Shown here: positions 25,492 through 40,700 of the stretch, one piece after another
How positions within the stretch are numbered: the stretch's first letter is position 1
Layout: every line of letters begins with the position of its first letter
DNA from: Haliotis rufescens
Lineage: Eukaryota
NCBI RefSeq assembly: GCF_023055435.1
Contig: NW_025963857.1
Location: 28,396,001-28,460,000, forward strand
DNA: 64,000 nt
Direction: 5' to 3'
Program-made: the position numbers and the translations under genes
Notes under the pieces: generated by a model
Database searches by the model: none
Told to the model about the DNA's origin: nothing
Seen by the model: only the letters and a program-made list of their open reading frames with translations

Positions 25492-27162
25492 ATGTAAACT
25501 GATACTTTGACATCTCTCTATAGCTTGATGTGTGTGCACAAATTGCTTGACAATAAAAGTGATTTCAAACATTTTACATTTGTTTTTGTTGCCCAATGTA
25601 TATTGCAGTTGCTGCTGACTGAATATATATCATGCTTAGGGGACATGATCGGACTTTCCTCCCATATCAAGCTGACACAGAATTATATGTAACTGGCCTA
25701 AAAGCAAATTCATTCTCTTAATCACTGCAGATGAGATATGTTACTCATTATTGCATTGTAATATTGACTTTTGTTCAACGAACTTTATTGTAAAACAGTT
25801 CAACATATATACATCAAAAGCTTATTGCCCCAACAAAAAGGTAATTTGGACACAATGAACTAAATATCTTATAAAATAATTCTGTTTTAGCACTTGTGTT
25901 CTATTGGACAGAAAATGCGTTTGAAGGAAAGGAGAAAAAATCCACTTCAAATTCTCCAAATTAATGTTTGGGTTATAGTTATTGACAGTCGTCAGTTGTT
26001 ATTTTCAATTCACAGTCACCAAAACGCATTCCAAGAGACGAAACATGTAAGGTATCAGTTTCGTTTTGATACCAACACACATTAAAACGGCATCAAGATA
26101 CCCTAGCCAGCCTTGACATTTATGAGAAGATTAAGTTGTAAAATCCATAGCATCGTAATTATGAAAATAAAAGCGCAACACCCTTCCATATTCATAAGAA
26201 ATCTCCGCCAAGAACAGAGGCGATTTTACGCATTACGTGTTTTTAGCATTGCAACATATATTTGATCTATTGTATTGCCTTTCATGATTAAGTATTCGAG
26301 GAATTTCACCGACCACAGTCGGACCTAATCAAAATCAACACTACAATAAGGAAAATAAAACATCCATTCAACAGTCATAAATTGCAGGAACTTAAAATTG
26401 ATGTTTCCCTAGCTATGTCACAAACTGACGTTCAACTTTCAAACCAAATCGGCAATGTATATAATTATATGATCATTGAGTTACCTTTGATTTTAGTACT
26501 TCAGAGGAGAAATTATTAAATAACGAGGTATAGTAAGGAAATCTACTTAATTTATGAAATGATCTGAAATTTTAAAATTGTTTTGAAAGTTATCAGATGT
26601 GTTCATATTGTCCTTTTTAACATTTTAGCATTTTATGGCCTTAAAGCAACAGGGAGTGTGGTGATAGGCTGTCATGAAGTGTTATTCTGATATTTGAACA
26701 TGGACATGTGATTGCATGGCTGACAGGTTTTTAAATAGTATTATTAAATAACATATTGACAGGGTGACTTTTAATTCACTCACTCCAAACTGAAAAAGAA
26801 AGTATTTTGGATCACGACCTTGCTCACAGTTATACTTTTCTTGTGAAGTGTAATAAATCATCGCTGTCTTTTTCCTTTTAGCCATAGTTATCTACCTCAT
26901 CATATCCTAAACTTATAGCTTAAGAAATAAAAAAAGGACATTTATCAGTCACATGTACATATCCGATAACGTTTATGTCAATATTTACAATACTACGGTA
27001 GCATAAAAAAATCACATTTCCAGTGAGTCAAACAGGGCCGTTTCCATGTAAAAGATATTCACACGTTACGGAAATCTCAGGTTGTATTTGCTACCTTTTA
27101 AATGCAGTATCCTCATGATTCAACGGGTGTTTATTGTTGACAGTATTCTTGTAATTCGCTTT

Positions 27163-27550
27163 CCGAAATACCACCTCCGGCCTTTCTCTTGCATATTCTT
27201 GTGTTTCCTGTATCCGACTCCCACATGAGACCATTACAGCATGTTACACCGTTCATGTTCATTGCCCTTCTGTCTGGCACTGTGCAATTACATAATGAGC
27301 AATAAACATAGAGATGATATGGAAAATCATACTCCATACTGATGATCGGGGTTATTTCGGAACCACACTCAAAAGAAAGTTAAATGGAAATCACTATGTT
27401 GACAGATGAACCAAGGATACACACATGGACACAATTCCTTATTTTTTTACAGTAAATATAAATTGATGTTTGACTTACAAAACCATGCCCATGCGCATCT
27501 TGAACAAGAGCTGACGCGATAAAGACTACGGCAATGCACACGTTCAACAT
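27163..27550 (-). pseudogene. Knottin pseudogene (B-related third subtype)
   Basis: Intact signal exon 27550-27479 (MLNVCIAVVFIASALVQDAHGHGF|gtaagt). Domain exon from 27279 reads CQTEGQ, then a frameshifting deletion, ..NMNGVTCCNGLMWESDTGNTRICKRKAGGGIS, with Cys5 changed to Trp and a mutated donor. No terminal exon found. Confidence 0.8.
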
Positions 27551-29084
27551 ATAATTGTAGGAATGGAGTATACGGAAAATAATCTAAAAAGTCCGTATAC
27601 AGAATAATATTTGACATGTTCTGATGTCAAGAGTCATGTTACTTCCAATACAATTACATTAATCCTGTTTCACAAAAATCTACAAAATTACTCCAATCCT
27701 ACTCGAGACAAATGGTGCATCTCGCGTCAAGGATCTATAACGTCACACGTGATGAGTTAATGAGCATCAATACACATAATATACCAGTACATTCGTTTGT
27801 GCATTTAACCAATCTAATATCTCTTGAATATGAGTAAGTCGTCACAAGTCATGTAAACATACATGTATGGTATTCGCGTGTCTATTGGCGGTGAGCATAT
27901 ATATTTCTTTAACAAACAGAGATGCTTCATACATCAAACAAACATACAGATGCCTGATCAACCGAAGGCTAAATTGCATACCATCGCCAGCAGCTGAAGA
28001 GATGGTGAAAATCCTACTGGGGCACCGTGCAGTTAGCCGGGTTATCGTAAGCCAACCATCGGCCCATGTGTGTAGGCCCAACTTCGGCTGCTGTTGATCT
28101 ACAGCCTATTTTCATAATGTCTTGTTACGTACTGCGATATCTTTTTATGGTAACATACTAGTTTTAAACAAATATGTGATATAAATCTAGTTATATTGCT
28201 GTCTTTTGTTGACACCAGAAATGCCCAGATAATGTTTCAACTCTTGTCAGTACCATACCAGTGATCGCGGATATAACCAAAGTAACACATGCATTATTAT
28301 TGCTAAAGATTATCTACAACACAAACCGGACACGCCGTACATATCCACACTGATGCCGTTTACAGAAATATCAACAAACATTTCATTTAATGCGTAAATT
28401 AACATTTCGTAGAGTTATCGAGAGTTTATTGTCTCTTTTTATCGTTGTTTTGTTGAAAGTGTTTTAATTAACGTTTTCTCCTCAGTGCTGGTATGGACTC
28501 CTTCTGTTCAAAACCAATCACGCTGGACCAGATTGATTTAGCAGCGGATAAAATAGCTGGTGTGCCATTTGATAGTTTAGATAATTTACACGAAAAGCAT
28601 GTTTTAAAAAATCATTGAAAATTGTAGCTGACCCCGACCATTATAAACAAAGAGTAACTATGTATTTCTACCTTCTGACCGGCGATATTTATTGTCACGT
28701 TTTTAAAAAATGCAGGGCTATTAGCTCTTTCATCCGATCAAGAATCCGTCTCTTAAATGACTACTAAGTTCTGAACTATTTTAGTCTTTTTGTTTTGTAC
28801 AAAGAATTAGATTGCGTGTAATAAATCATTGTCACGGTCATTGTCATTGAAAAAGTGAATACTGATAGAAGTTGCTCAACCAAACTTGCTTACAGACTTG
28901 CTTTTATAGTTGCCTCAGTCATTTAGTCAATTTAGATCAATCTAATGAGAGAAGAAAGAACACATGAGATATGTTCAATTTGATATTTGATAGATTTATT
29001 CGGAATACAATCAAATGACAAATCAAATGACCGAGTTGGTCGATATGCAGGAACGTGGGTTCGTGATGAAGCATCAGATGCCAT

Positions 29085-30626
29085 CTACTGACACATCATC
29101 TTGTTCATGTATCCAGGCATACAGCGGAGTGAGCCACAGCATTTCATGGCTTCGATACCATTTATTTTGCACTCTTCATTTCGGAGGCGACACTGTCAAA
29201 TAGAGAACATGAATGTGTTATAAACTAATCATGTCAATTTGGCGTTATTGGCATTATGCTGACATAAAGCAATGCATGCACATAAGGCCAAATATGGACA
29301 ATGATTTGTGAATGAAAATTTAACTAAAGTAACCAAAACGTTTTAATTCTTCATATTAATCACACATTACTTTTTTTAAAGAATACTACTTACAGTGTTG
29401 TTTGTATAAACAGTAATGTAACAAAACGACATCTGGTTCATTTTAAAGCAGTATATATCGATACTATTTGAGTTTTATATCCTCAATATTACATAATGCA
29501 GCAGACCAAGTCACTATTTCATAGTATTTCTCATTATATATTATATATAAAATTCAGACATGCTGAATATTCACATCACAAGTTAAGGCATTAAGTGGAT
29601 TGTTGTGTTTTCCTTTAAATCCCAATAAATATTTTCCTTTGTACATATTTCCTACCATTATATATCCAAGCCAACAGATCATTTCCATTTCCTTCCATAT
29701 CATTACAGACTGACATATCTCGTCAAGAGATATAATTCAAGTTACAGTCTGGAGGAATGTACCATACTGGTACAATGAAACTTCAAGTAAGACTGGGGAT
29801 ATAATACGGATTCCGGTTTTCTCTCAACACCTAAAAGACAATACTTGCTTCTTACGGGTTGGGTTCAATTTCAGATTCGTGTTATTCCCTTACCCCAGCA
29901 CCACTGCCGGCACTTCTCTTGCATATTCTTGTGTTTCCTATGCCAGACTCACACATCAGGCCATTACAGCATGTTTTACCATTCATCACATTGCAGGTTT
30001 GTCCCTCTGTCTGGCACTGTAAAATAGAATACCTCTTATATTGTGGTCCCAAACCATATGTCGTGTTAGTGTGAATTAGCCTCAAAATAGACGTCATACG
30101 ATAATATGCCATGCCCATCAAAACAGCAAAGAAAGTATAAACGTAATTTAAATAAAGCCAAACACCCTGTAAACACGATTATGGAAAGCTCTATTAAACA
30201 AAACGTTTCATTACTTGCTAAGGAAAAGCAGGGGTCAGGCATGGTCCTGCTATGTAAGAAGCCGCAAATCGCTGTGCAGAATTGAGTTCCTTATTCATGC
30301 CACAAACCTATGATCGTGGGTTCGAGTTCCAGATCAATTATGACTCTTCGTTTATCAACACCAACCCGTGCACGTAGGTAAATGTCTTGCATATGCAATT
30401 GTACCAACCTCATGCATCAAGCAGACATGCTGTAATACACACTGTAACTAAAATATTCTTCCAAGCGGCTTTCAACCCATGTTACTCGACACTACTAATT
30501 TTAATAAGAATAAATGTTTAAACTCAAACAGTCAGTTTGATATTATTTGAGACTTACAAATCCATGCGAATCTTGAATCAGAGCGGATGCTACAAGGATT
30601 AGAGCAACGCACACTTTCAGCATCAT
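29085..30626 (-). CDS. B2: secreted double-knottin peptide precursor, type B, 99 aa
   Basis: Exons 30626-30558 MMLKVCVALILVASALIQDSHGF; 30016-29894 (protein identical to B1 domain 1); 29192-29085 CRLRNEECKINGIEAMKCCGSLRCMPGYMNKMMCQ*. TATA at 30978-30985. Confidence 0.88.
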
Positions 30627-31413
30627 TGTGATAGAGTAAAACTGAAAAGAAATTAATTGAAGTCAACTATCCAACCGTTCATAAAAAAATACCACACACA
30701 AATTATATTGGGTTTAATTTTCAAAAAACATAATCTATACATAAACCTTCATAAACATTCTAAGTTTAAATTATACTGTTAATGTAGATTAAGTCTGTTA
30801 TAACATTTGTGAAAAACTACATATATAATAAATGACTTAACCCATGAATCACTATAACCATTTTGGTAGATCACTCTAAACTGTTGAGTTAGCGAGTTGT
30901 GATTCACATTAAAGAATATAATGTTACCTCTTCAGCCAAGCAAATTGGAATGAAATGCCTATTTAACTCAGCTGACATATTTATACCACTGAGATTCCAC
31001 ACTTAACCAAAGCAAGATAAAGATGATAAATTAGCAGAGCAGGTGTTGCAATTGTTATCTTGGATCCAATGTCAGTCTGTCAGTCACAACCTCTGATTGG
31101 ATCCGATTCCTACCTGCATAGGATAAATAATCTTCCTCACAAATGGTTATCTTTACATGTGATCATTTACTCCTGTCATGCTCTTAACGAGCAAGGACAA
31201 TTAAATGGAACAGAGCGAATCAATAACGATTTGAAACGACGTCACAGAATGTACCTGTTGGAAATATTTTAAGGTTTTACAAGCGGCCTTATACTGGATT
31301 GCAAAACTACAGTTTGTTTCCTTCTGTTGATATTTAGCGTATACAGGGACATTTAAGTCCCCAAACCAGCATGATCTATAGTACATTTGGAAGTTTTAGC
31401 TAGAAAAGTTAAA

Positions 31414-31580
31414 GTGAGTGAGTGAGTATGGTTTTACGCCGCTTTTAGCAATATTCCAGCAATATCACGGCGGGGGATACTCGAAATACGTTTCACACAT
31501 TATATACATGTCAGGAATCGAACCTGACTCTTTTGGCGTGACGAGCGAACGCTTTTACCACGAAGCTAGCCGACTGCCCA
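31414..31580 (-). mobile_element. tRNA-derived SINE, family 3 (orthologous to 21457)
   Basis: Same position within the duplicated cassette. Confidence 0.75.
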
Positions 31581-31859
31581 GTCAAGTTAAAACATACACG
31601 AACGGTCATATCGAAAAGTACTCTTAAGTCCACTATAAGAATATAGAAGAGTGAGTTTAAAACGTGGATTTATAAGGAGCAACAATATCAATGCAAAGCA
31701 TCTTGCATTTGAAAGTGAAAACTCTGCAGTACTAGTGTTATGGTACGTTTACAAGAAGTAAACCCGACGTTTAATTTTAAAGCTCCAATAGAATACATTT
31801 TGAGCATGCTTAAAACAAAAGAAGATGCATCGTTGGAGAGCTTTTTTGTGAGATATTAG

Positions 31860-33410
31860 ATTCATGCAAGGAGAACTTACATTTCTTTGCAAGCTTTTCT
31901 TGTAGATATTACGAAAACGTAAAAAAGCGTGATCTTGAAATACATCTGACCATCAACCACAGTGACCACAGTTATTGTTTTTTTTAAAGTTGGAATGATA
32001 CCCATCACAAATCAACCATGGGTGTTTAATCAACATGTAATATTAAAAAAACTGAATTATACGTGTGCATTTGCACAGGGATTTCAAAACAAATGCAAAA
32101 TATTTTAGATGATTATTTTGCTCTATGTTATCAGAGTAAAGAAGAGTTACAGTGATTGATAGATATTTTACAGACGCTCCATCCAAATTTTACTTTTACT
32201 TTAGATTGGTTGGTTGGTTGGTTGTTTAACGCCGCACTCAGCAATATTCCAGCTATATGACGGCGTTCTGTAAATAATCAAGTGACTAATATCACGAGCA
32301 TCGATCCACGCACTTTGGATCGATGACATGCATCAAAGAGGTCAGCGAGCCTAACCACCCGATCCCGTTAGTCGCCTTTTACGACAAGCATAAGTCACCT
32401 TTTACGGCAAGCATGGGTGGCTGAAGACCTATTCTACCCCGGAATCTTCACATGTCCTTTTACGTTAGAGATGAACGATCAAAGTCTTTCTTTTCTTGAT
32501 GTTATAGTTACAATATCAAACAATAAGATTAACGCAGATGTATATTACATACCAACCGATTCTAAACAATACTGCAATTACAATTCCTTTCACCCTCTCA
32601 TTCGAAAAAAACAGTGTCCCTTACTCATTAGCACGTAGAACCTGCGCGATATAGACTCAATGAACTGAGGTAATTCCTTTTAGAAAGAAACTACACTGGA
32701 AAAATAGTAGAAGATGTCACAAACAAGGCTAAATCACAAGACCATTGTGATCTTCTTAAAGAGTAAGATATTCAAAACGGGAGTGTTCTCCCTTTTGTTA
32801 CAACCTTTAATAACCCAAACCCGGAAATACTTTGAAATGTTCGGGAGACACTGTTTTCTTTAAACAAGTGTAAAGAACTAAAACAAATAAATAAACTTAT
32901 TAAAGGTAAAAGACAGAGCAGTCGTCTTGAAAGGATTCTTACTAGCGCTTCTTTCTTACGAGGAAAACAATAATGTAAAACAGTACAAAAGTGTCACAGA
33001 CCTACATGTAATTGTGGTACTTTCCCTCATGTTGTTGAATGTATTTCTTTTACATTCAAAGACGGGAAACCGTTCTTTTTCTGTGAAAATATGAATTGTA
33101 TTTCCCAAAAATTGATCTATGCCATACAATGTGTCGGATGCGAAGCCAAATACATTGGACAGAATGACAGAGTGAGAGTCCATCGACGACAAATACGGGC
33201 ATCTGATGAAACTTCAGAATATTCAGGATGGGAATACTACCGTGATTTTGGTGACTACTGATTCAGTTAACAAGAGGCAAAACTTTGTGACTGGTGGCAC
33301 TTGTGGGGCAGGATACGCTTACCTTTTCGCCAACACCTGCTATCATAACTATTTGACAGCGTTTCATTAACACATGCTCACGATAAAGTCGACTCATATT
33401 TTGGCAGATA
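31860..33410 (+). mobile_element. Decayed Penelope-like element, copy 2, interrupted by a family-2 SINE (32207-32456)
   Basis: Colinear with 21900-23160. The SINE is flanked by a tttactttaga / tttacgttaga TSD. Confidence 0.78.
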
Positions 33411-34392
33411 AGTCTTATGAACATGGAAAGACTTTTGTCGATTTTAATTTTTGAACACACGTATATTGAAAAAAATATATAACACAGACCACTTGCAAAA
33501 TAATCGGAAGATGCGAAAAATACTGTACATACATGTATGTGGTGAATATTCAATCAGATTCGACCAAAGAGAAAAACACACCCTCATTTTTTCTGATTCC
33601 CTTACCACCCTTCAAGCACAATGAAGCGTCAACGACACATGCCATGTGAATCTTGATAACATATCAGCATCTACAGCTGATCAAAGTAACGTCACATGTT
33701 GCCGTCAGATCATTAACTGTTCCAACTGATCTGTGATATGAAATGAAACACATTTCCTGCGTATTATTGTATATACAGTTCAGGAAATGTTCTCTATCAA
33801 CGGGTATAAATACATATAATGCTGGGCACTGTATATTCTCAATTCGATCTTACAGTTGAACAGGTATGTACATGTATGCATAACGAGTGAGTTGAACTTT
33901 ACGGCGCTTTGTACAGTAAAATAGTTTTATCACAGCGTGTCAGCCTAATGGTGAAGGAAAGCTCGCAGGGATGCAGGCTTTAGATGTTTACAGCTTTGAT
34001 GAAAACCAAGGGCACGGGCATGGTGCTGAGAAACCAAGTCATAATCTGTGATTTGAAGCCACGATAAACATATTCTGCACGGCTAAGAGAAGCAGCACTG
34101 TACAAGTGCGGCGTCTTAGACGACAGAAACAACCATACTTAGTTCCAATATATATCATTACTATTCATATAGTTCCAATATATAGCATTACTATTCATCA
34201 TGAGGATAATATTTTGTGTATCTTCACATTGTTTTTCAGTATTGTTTAACATAAATGGTGTAATTACTACAAGTACCTCTGTGTTCACACCATACTTAAG
34301 TTGTACATATGAAGTAACGAGCATTCTTCAGAAGTATTAGGATTTCAAATGCATCGCCTTCTGTTTGCTTCCAGGTGTACCCTTTTATTACA

Positions 34393-35747
34393 ATGATGTT
34401 CAAAGTGTGTCTTGCTTTGCTGTTTGTGGTATCAGTACTGGGTCAAGATCTCTTTGCGGCAGGGTTTGGTGTAAGTGCTGTCATATCACTTAATCTTCAT
34501 TTATGAAACATGTATACTATCTCTCCGTGGGGAAATATGTGATCAAAAGCTGCTTTTGCAATCAGTTGATACTTTTAAATTTCCTTCATGTTTTAAAAGA
34601 CAAAAGGAACCGAAAGTCATATACCACATCCCGTCTTATGCTCCATGGTCCATAAATAAGATAGTCTAATATCGTGATCCAGCTATCACGTGTTCTGTTA
34701 TAAATCATATTCAAATGTTTATTTACAATCGTGTCCCCCTGTATATTAATGTCATTACTTTAGTCATTTGCCCATTTGATAATTGGCATGCATCACAATG
34801 CAGCAATGATACTAATTCTGCCCCATGTTTTACTGTATTTTTCGTGAAATGTAAAAGGAGAAATATTAATAGAATGTATATCCTAGCACTGTTTATATGT
34901 CCATAGTTTAACAGAGTTGCTGAATTATAAATAGTAGCAACAAATGTGACATATTGTTGAGTTACACGCTACAAACTTACTTCATCTGTTCATGCAGTGT
35001 CAGAACGAGGGGCAAACATGTAATTGGATGAATGGTAACACCTGCTGCAATGGCTTGACGTGTCAGTCCGGTTTGGGTAACATTCAAATGTGCAAGAGGA
35101 ACATTGGCGGCGGTAGTGGTGGCGGTATTGGCGGCGGTATGGGGGTAAGTAACCGTGCCAGACATTGACTTCTGCCATGGGATAAGACATTAAATTAGGA
35201 AATGTAGCACTGTACTATATCCATGTAAATGTAACTATACAAATGTTCCCTTTAAACAAGGATTTTGAATGATGACAAGTGGTCTGGGCTGAAAGAATAT
35301 TGGTGGAATATTCAACATGTATTACTCTCTTTACATGTGATTGGATGAAAATTAGTATATGTGTCATTTCCACCTACATAACATACGTCAAAAGAAATGA
35401 GCATTGCCAGCACATGCTCGATATCATACATGTACAATGCAGTTACTATAGTTATTTCAGAAGCATCTATTCATGGGCTTTCCAATTCATATTCTCAAAC
35501 ATGATTATTTTGACTATCAGCTAATGCCTGTCGTATCACACGAAATGTGATTTGTGATACTCAGGGCAATATTATTGTTGGTGCACGCAGATGATACATT
35601 TCACGTGGATGTGTAAATGTATTCTTCTATATTTTACAGTGTCGCCTGCGTAACGACGAATGCAAGATTAACGGCATCAGTGCCATGAGATGCTGTGCAT
35701 CCCTCCGCTGTATGCCTGGATACATGAACAGGATGACTTGTCAGTAG
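34393..35747 (+). CDS. A2: secreted double-knottin peptide precursor, type A, 110 aa
   Basis: Exons 34393-34470, 34998-35144 (...IQMCKRNIGGGSGGGIGGGMG) and 35640-35747. TATA at 33805-33812. Confidence 0.9.
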
Positions 35748-38700
35748 ATGTAAACTGATACTTTGACATCCCTCGATAGCTTGATATGTGCGCACTAATT
35801 GCTTGACAATAAAAGTGATTTCAAACATTTTACATTTGTTTTTGTTGCCCAATGTATATTGCAGTTGCTGCTGACTGAATATATATCATGCTTAGTGGAC
35901 ATGATCGGACTTTCCTCCATATCATGCTGACACGGCGTTATATGTAACTGCCTTATAGCAAGTTCTTTCTCTTAATCACTGAAGATGAGATATGTTACTC
36001 ATTATTGCATTGTAATACTGACTTTTGTTCAACGAACTATATTGTAAAACAGTTCAACATATTTATACATCAAAAGCTTATTGCCCAACAAAAAGGTTAT
36101 TTTGGACACAACTAACTAAATATCTTCTAAAATATTTCTGTTTTAGCACTTGTGTTGTATTGCACAGAAAATGCGTTTGAAGGAAAGGTGAAAAAATCCA
36201 CTTCAAATTCTCCCAAGCAATGAAAGTCGTCAGTTGTTATTTTCAATTCACAGTCACCAATACGCATTCCAAGAGACGAAACATGTAAGGTGTCAGTTTC
36301 GTTTTGATACCAACATACATTAAAACGGCATCAAGATACCCTAGTCAGCCTTGACATTTATGAGGAGATTAAGTTGTAAAACCCTTACATCGTAATTATG
36401 AAAATAAAAGCGCAACACCCTTCCTTGTATTCATAAGCAATCTCCGCCAAGAACAGAGGCGATTTTATGAATCCAACTATATTATGAGATTTCAGTTAGA
36501 AAGTAATATGAACACACGTCAACATTTGTACAGTTAATGTATGGTCTTATTATTATGCAAAACTGAACGATTGTCTTCGTCGAGGTTGTTGTAAATTAAA
36601 AGACACACTTTTATCAAGATGTATTACACAATCAAAATCAGTCAGTATTAAAAAAATATATAATAAATTCATGTTTTCTACAAAAGTCTTTCTAGTCATG
36701 CTTTGGGGATGTTTTAGACATTAATGAATTATATACATATTGAGATTGGATTAACAAATATCATATGTGTATTACGTCAGTGTACGTTCCTAATTTGAAC
36801 TCTTACCATTGTTTTCTCTTGTTAAACAACCATTTTGCCAATATAAACATCCCTCATCATCATATACCCCTGATGAAGCCTCGGTATAATATATATGTCG
36901 AATCTATTTGTAAAATTTAAGCCAAAAGCTATTGTTCTGAAACAGTGAAAATTGTATTTTGTATTTGGTATTGCAACTGCAATTTATGATGGTTATTATT
37001 GACAGCAATTTATTGAGGCGCTCATAAAAGGCGAATAGTAATGCTCTCTTTTCCTTTGGTGATACCCCCACCTGTGTGCGATTGTGTTAAGGTGGTACCC
37101 CATATATAGACTTTTCTACCTGTTTTCATCACTCCTACTCCTGGATTCAAGCATCAAAGCAGTCCAAAATTGCAGCGACATGTTCTTTAGCATTGCAACA
37201 TATATTTCATGATTTTATGATTAAGTATTCGAGGAATTTCACCGACCACAGTCGGACCTAAACAAAATCAACACTACAATAAGGAAAATAAAACATCCAT
37301 TCAACAGTCATAAATTGCAGGAACTTAAAATTGATGTTTCCCTAGCTATGTCAAAAACTGACGTTCAACTTTCAAACCAAATCGGCAATGTATATAATTA
37401 TATGATCATTGAGTTACCTTTGATTTTAGTACTTCAGAGGAGAAATTATTAAATAACGAGGTATAGTAAGGAAATCTACATAATTTATGAAATGATCTGA
37501 AATTTAAAAATTGTTTTGAAAGTTATCAGATGTGTTCATATTTATGATACAGAGTCATTGTCCTTTTTAACATTTTAGCATTGTATGGCCTTAAAGCAAC
37601 AGGGAGTGTGGTGATAGGCTGTCATGAAGTGCTATTCTGATATTTGAATATGGACATTTGATTGCATGGCTGAAAGGTTTTTAATTAGTATTATTGAATA
37701 ACTTGTGCTTGTCACACTATGGCTAACATATGGCCAGGGTGAATTTTAATTCACTCACTCCAAACTGAAAAAGAAAGTATTTTGGATCACGACCTTGCTC
37801 ACAGTTGGACTTTTCTTGTGAAGTGTGATAAATCATCGCTGTCTTTTTCCTTTTAGCCATAGTTATCTACCTCATCATATCCTAAACTTGTAGCTTAAGA
37901 ACTAAAAAAGGACATTTATCAGTCACATGTACATATCCGATAACGTTTATGTCAATATTTACAATACTACGGTAGCATCAAAAATTCACATTTCCAGTGA
38001 GCCAAACAGGGTTGATTCCATGCAAAAGACATTCATACGTTACGGAAATCTCAGGTTGTATTTGCTACCCTTAAAAAGCAGTATCATGAGCATCAATACA
38101 TACAATATACCAGTACATTCGTTTGTGCATTTAACCAATATAATATCTCTTGAATATGAGTAAGTCTTCACATGTAAACAAACATGTATGGTATTCGCGT
38201 GTCTATTGGCGATGAGCATATATATTTCTGTAACAAACAGAGATGCTTCATACATTACACAAACATACAGATACCTGATCAACCGAAGGAAACTGGAATG
38301 ACGGTATTTTGTTAACTGGAAGCAGCCCTTTCATACGTTACACAATCCAAGACGAGGAGCAATTAACATGCCACGTGTGACATATCTAATCTGATTCCGG
38401 ACAGTCACCACGATATGGTTTCATTCAAACTTATCGCGATCATTTATGATAATTAGGTACGCCAGTTAGGGCTATCACTACTAAAATCATTTTCTCTCTC
38501 TCACTGTCTCGCTGGTCATAAATCGAAGTAATGACACTAAATGAGGACCTACATGTTACAAAAACTGTTACGTTTGTTGTTTAGCTCCACGCTCAGGAAT
38601 ATTCCATCAATGTGACGGGCCCGACAGGAACTCTAATATACAGCTGGGTAGTATATAATATATAGCTGAAATATTGCTAAATGCGGTGTTAAGAAATTAA

Positions 38701-39399
38701 AAAAACAAATACGTAGTGTGCTCAAACCCAATTACAAATAAATACACATTCAACTACACATACACAGACGATCTTCCGATGACATGAGTGAGTGATCTTA
38801 TCTCGAGTTCATAAAAGGCATGACAAGGCATTAATTGCATGTCATCTTCATAATATGAGGATAAGCATATATAGACGCCTTTTCTAAAACCGAGTCATTT
38901 ACTTAATACACTCTATATGATAGTAAGGAAAATGAACTCATGACATCACTATATATATGGTTCCTATTTAGGCCAATTAACTGTAATTAAACTTTACAAA
39001 TCTTTGCATAACGATAAGTCTAATTCTTTTAGCTTAACATTTATGGAGCAGGGTCAGAAAAGACGTAAAAAATTCTGCCCTCAAATTGTTTGATGGGCAT
39101 TACTTAGAATTTGACGGATGACACAATTTATGGACAACAACTTCTTTAATTACTGTAAAGGCGACGTTTCGAAATAGATCTTTATACCGTTGTCTATGAA
39201 GACGATTGAAACATTACCTTTACCAAGAGCTATATTAAAATTCGAAACTACAAAAACTGATCAGAAGTGTACATGTGGAGCAGCGTTTAGCTCTCGTGTA
39301 TACGTCTATGTTTCGAGGAGGGCATATATGTTACGTCGACGTGAATTCCAACATGAAACGCTAAGGTTAACCCAGAAATATGCGCTTACATAAATAAAT

Positions 39400-40700
39400 T
39401 GTCAAATCAGTATATGAGCACCCACGATCAATGAATATCAGTAAAGTATTTTGAAGCACACAGAGTTAGGTTTACAATAAAACAAGTCAAGCCAATGGAT
39501 GCAATAGGTGACAGAAGCAACAAATAACGTTTGATTGATGTTAGCGCAATGACGAATGTTCAGAATTTTCAATTGTCGAATGTCTTGGAACAAATCTCCG
39601 TTCTTGAATCCAGAATACTGTTGGAGACTAGTGGGAATTCGGTGTTTATAAAAAAGGTGTCCAGACACGACTTTACAAGTAAATGTAAACATTACTCAAG
39701 TCCGCTCGAAAAGGCATCCAATCGCCCACTTCTCATATAAGAATACTTCTCACATCCAGCCTCCTTCTAGAAACTGCCCCATCCCACACCTTTCGATCGA
39801 CTAAGTCTACCATGCACAAGGTCAGATAATTCTAAGAGGAGTTATTTTAAATAAATACTCTGGAAAGATCCACTCCTTGATGTTGTCTGTGGTTCAACTC
39901 CGTCCACGACAGCACTTGTTGTGTTTTACTTTTAATATGTTCCTGCCATTGAAAATTACTTCGATTTCATTTTCACTAAAAGTGCTTACAAATTACACAG
40001 TCCTTAAGAGTCTGCATGACCACCTCCGAAATCTGCGAGTATACGGTCCCTTAAAAATATTTACATGTAGATTTACAGTTGATTTCCGCCACTGTCATTG
40101 GAATCAGGACTCTCCCATCCGGGTTACCTGATAGCTGTTCCATTTTCACAGCAGAAACAAACATTTATAACAAAAATATACCACAAAACAGTCAAAATGT
40201 AAGCAGTTTATAATATTGTCCGATTCTCTTTCGTTCCTCCAGACTATTAATAAACATCAACTTTTAATCGAAATTATGAACTTGCTACTGGCCAATACGA
40301 CATCATCTTTTGTTGGTTACCCAGCCATGTTGAAATCACTGGTAACACAATGGCTGATACTGCAGCTAAAGTAGCCCTCAATAAATCTAGGCCACCACTT
40401 CTGATCCCACACAAGGATATTAAGCCTGTAATTAGATGTTACAATAAAGATCTACTGCAAAAGCAGTGGGACACCCAAGTGGGTGTAAATAAATTATATC
40501 AAATCAAACCAACTATCAGTTACATTTCCTGTCAGTCCAGATTTGAAGAGGATAATTATGTTACGGCGATGTCGCATTGCCTATTCTCGTTATTCACATG
40601 GATAATTGTTCTTGATTAGCATATGTAAGTCCACATAATACAAAGCATGTCAATATTCCTACTACAATGTTAAACGTAGTAACTTTGTGAATTTTAATTG
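39400..40700 (+). mobile_element. Decayed RNase H-bearing LINE fragment (I-group-like), within a ~2.4-kb insertion (38291-40702)
   Basis: FCWLPSHVEITGNTMADTAAKVAL RNase H motif at ~40308-40380, with many stops. Unit 1 has the uninterrupted site gatcaaccgaagg|ctaaattgcatacc (~27957-27983). Confidence 0.75.

Larger units (their letters stand above)
18575..28920. repeat. Segmental duplication unit 1 (B1-A1 cassette)
   Basis: Colinear with 28930-41430 and 41950-49070. B1 to B2 offset is 10,333 bp. Confidence 0.85.

Noticed and set aside
36868-36905. CTGATGA...GAA hammerhead-like core (also a Penelope-end-like ..cgaaacgtcg..aaagaag on the minus strand near 39140-39200)
   Set aside because: The GAAA core and flanking stems are not intact, so a ribozyme cannot be supported.
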